Positions 63,399 through 64,000 of a DNA stretch of 64,000 bases are shown here, piece after piece. A model generated the notes under the pieces. The model searched no databases, was not told the origin of the DNA, and worked only from the letters and a program-made list of their open reading frames with translations. A program made the position numbers and the translations under genes. Every line of letters begins with the position of its first letter. The stretch's first letter is position 1. This stretch comes from Octopus sinensis (taxonomy: Eukaryota), in the NCBI RefSeq assembly GCF_006345805.1, contig NC_042999.1, forward strand, positions 40,858,001 to 40,922,000, given 5' to 3'.

Positions 63399-63819
63399 TA
63401 TGTATGTATATATGTCTGTATTATGTGTATAAGTGCGTGTGTGTATATATGTGTGTGTGTGTATTATGCGTATATATATATATGTGCGTGTGTATTATGT
63501 GTATATATATATGTGTGTATGTGTGTACATATGTATATGAATTTGCGTATGTATATACAGAAAAGCACATGTGCTCGTGAAATCGCGTGGCCTTGTGGTT
63601 TAGGGTGTTACACACAACGATCGCAAAATCGTGGATTTGACTCCCAGATTGGTGGTGTAAAGCAGTGTGCAAACCCAACGACGGACTGGCGTTCTGGTCA
63701 GTGGCGATTTTGGCTTGCCCGCCTGGCCAGCAAGGTAGCATCATTGGCGATTTGAGGTGGAATTAAGAAGTATGAAAATCATTATCATGAGTCAATATAG
63801 AAAGTCATACCGGTTTCGT

Positions 63820-63985
63820 CATCGCTGTTCACTGACTTCAGTTTCTGTCTGCTCAATCCACTCACGAGGCTTTGTTCGGCCCGGCACTATGGTAGAGGAC
63901 TCTTGCCCAAAAGTGCCAAGCAGTGGGACTGAACCTAGAATCATGTGATTGGGAATCAACCATCTACCTGCACAGCCACGCCTGT
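63820..63985 (-). mobile_element. SINE family A, 5' half
   Basis: Head and CORE-like sequence. Confidence 0.7.
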
Positions 63986-64000
63986 GTGTGTGTGTGGGGG

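Overview
AT-rich, microsatellite-saturated eukaryotic DNA. The repeat families (several tRNA-headed SINEs, long TA/GATA/CA tracts) point to a coleoid cephalopod, most likely Octopus (inference). No intact host protein-coding gene is recognisable, and most long ORFs in the track are translations of microsatellites. The window is mostly mobile DNA: four tRNA-derived SINE head types with swapped 3' tails, a 5'-truncated Tx1/L1-clade LINE inside a (GATA)n array, a Helitron helicase relic plus a complete non-autonomous Helitron, Tc1/mariner MITEs, and hAT and CR1-type relics. Two things stand out. (1) A 5.4-kb composite at 40328-45754: intact mariner TIRs with TA duplication enclose three head-to-tail ~1.76-kb copies of an ORF1-only (RRM-like + CCHC knuckle) Tx1/L1-type retroelement. 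Its 3' tail matches the most abundant SINE in the window, and the composite appears to split a 54-nt minus-strand exon. (2) Several unrelated hammerhead-ribozyme-bearing, TA-flanked non-coding elements (Penelope/retrozyme-like), three of them as outward-facing inverted pairs, including a ~1.06-kb palindrome built from a 456-bp permuted unit. One 74-aa ORF with a plausible signal peptide is a weak host-gene candidate. All alignments and folds were done by eye; no database search was run.
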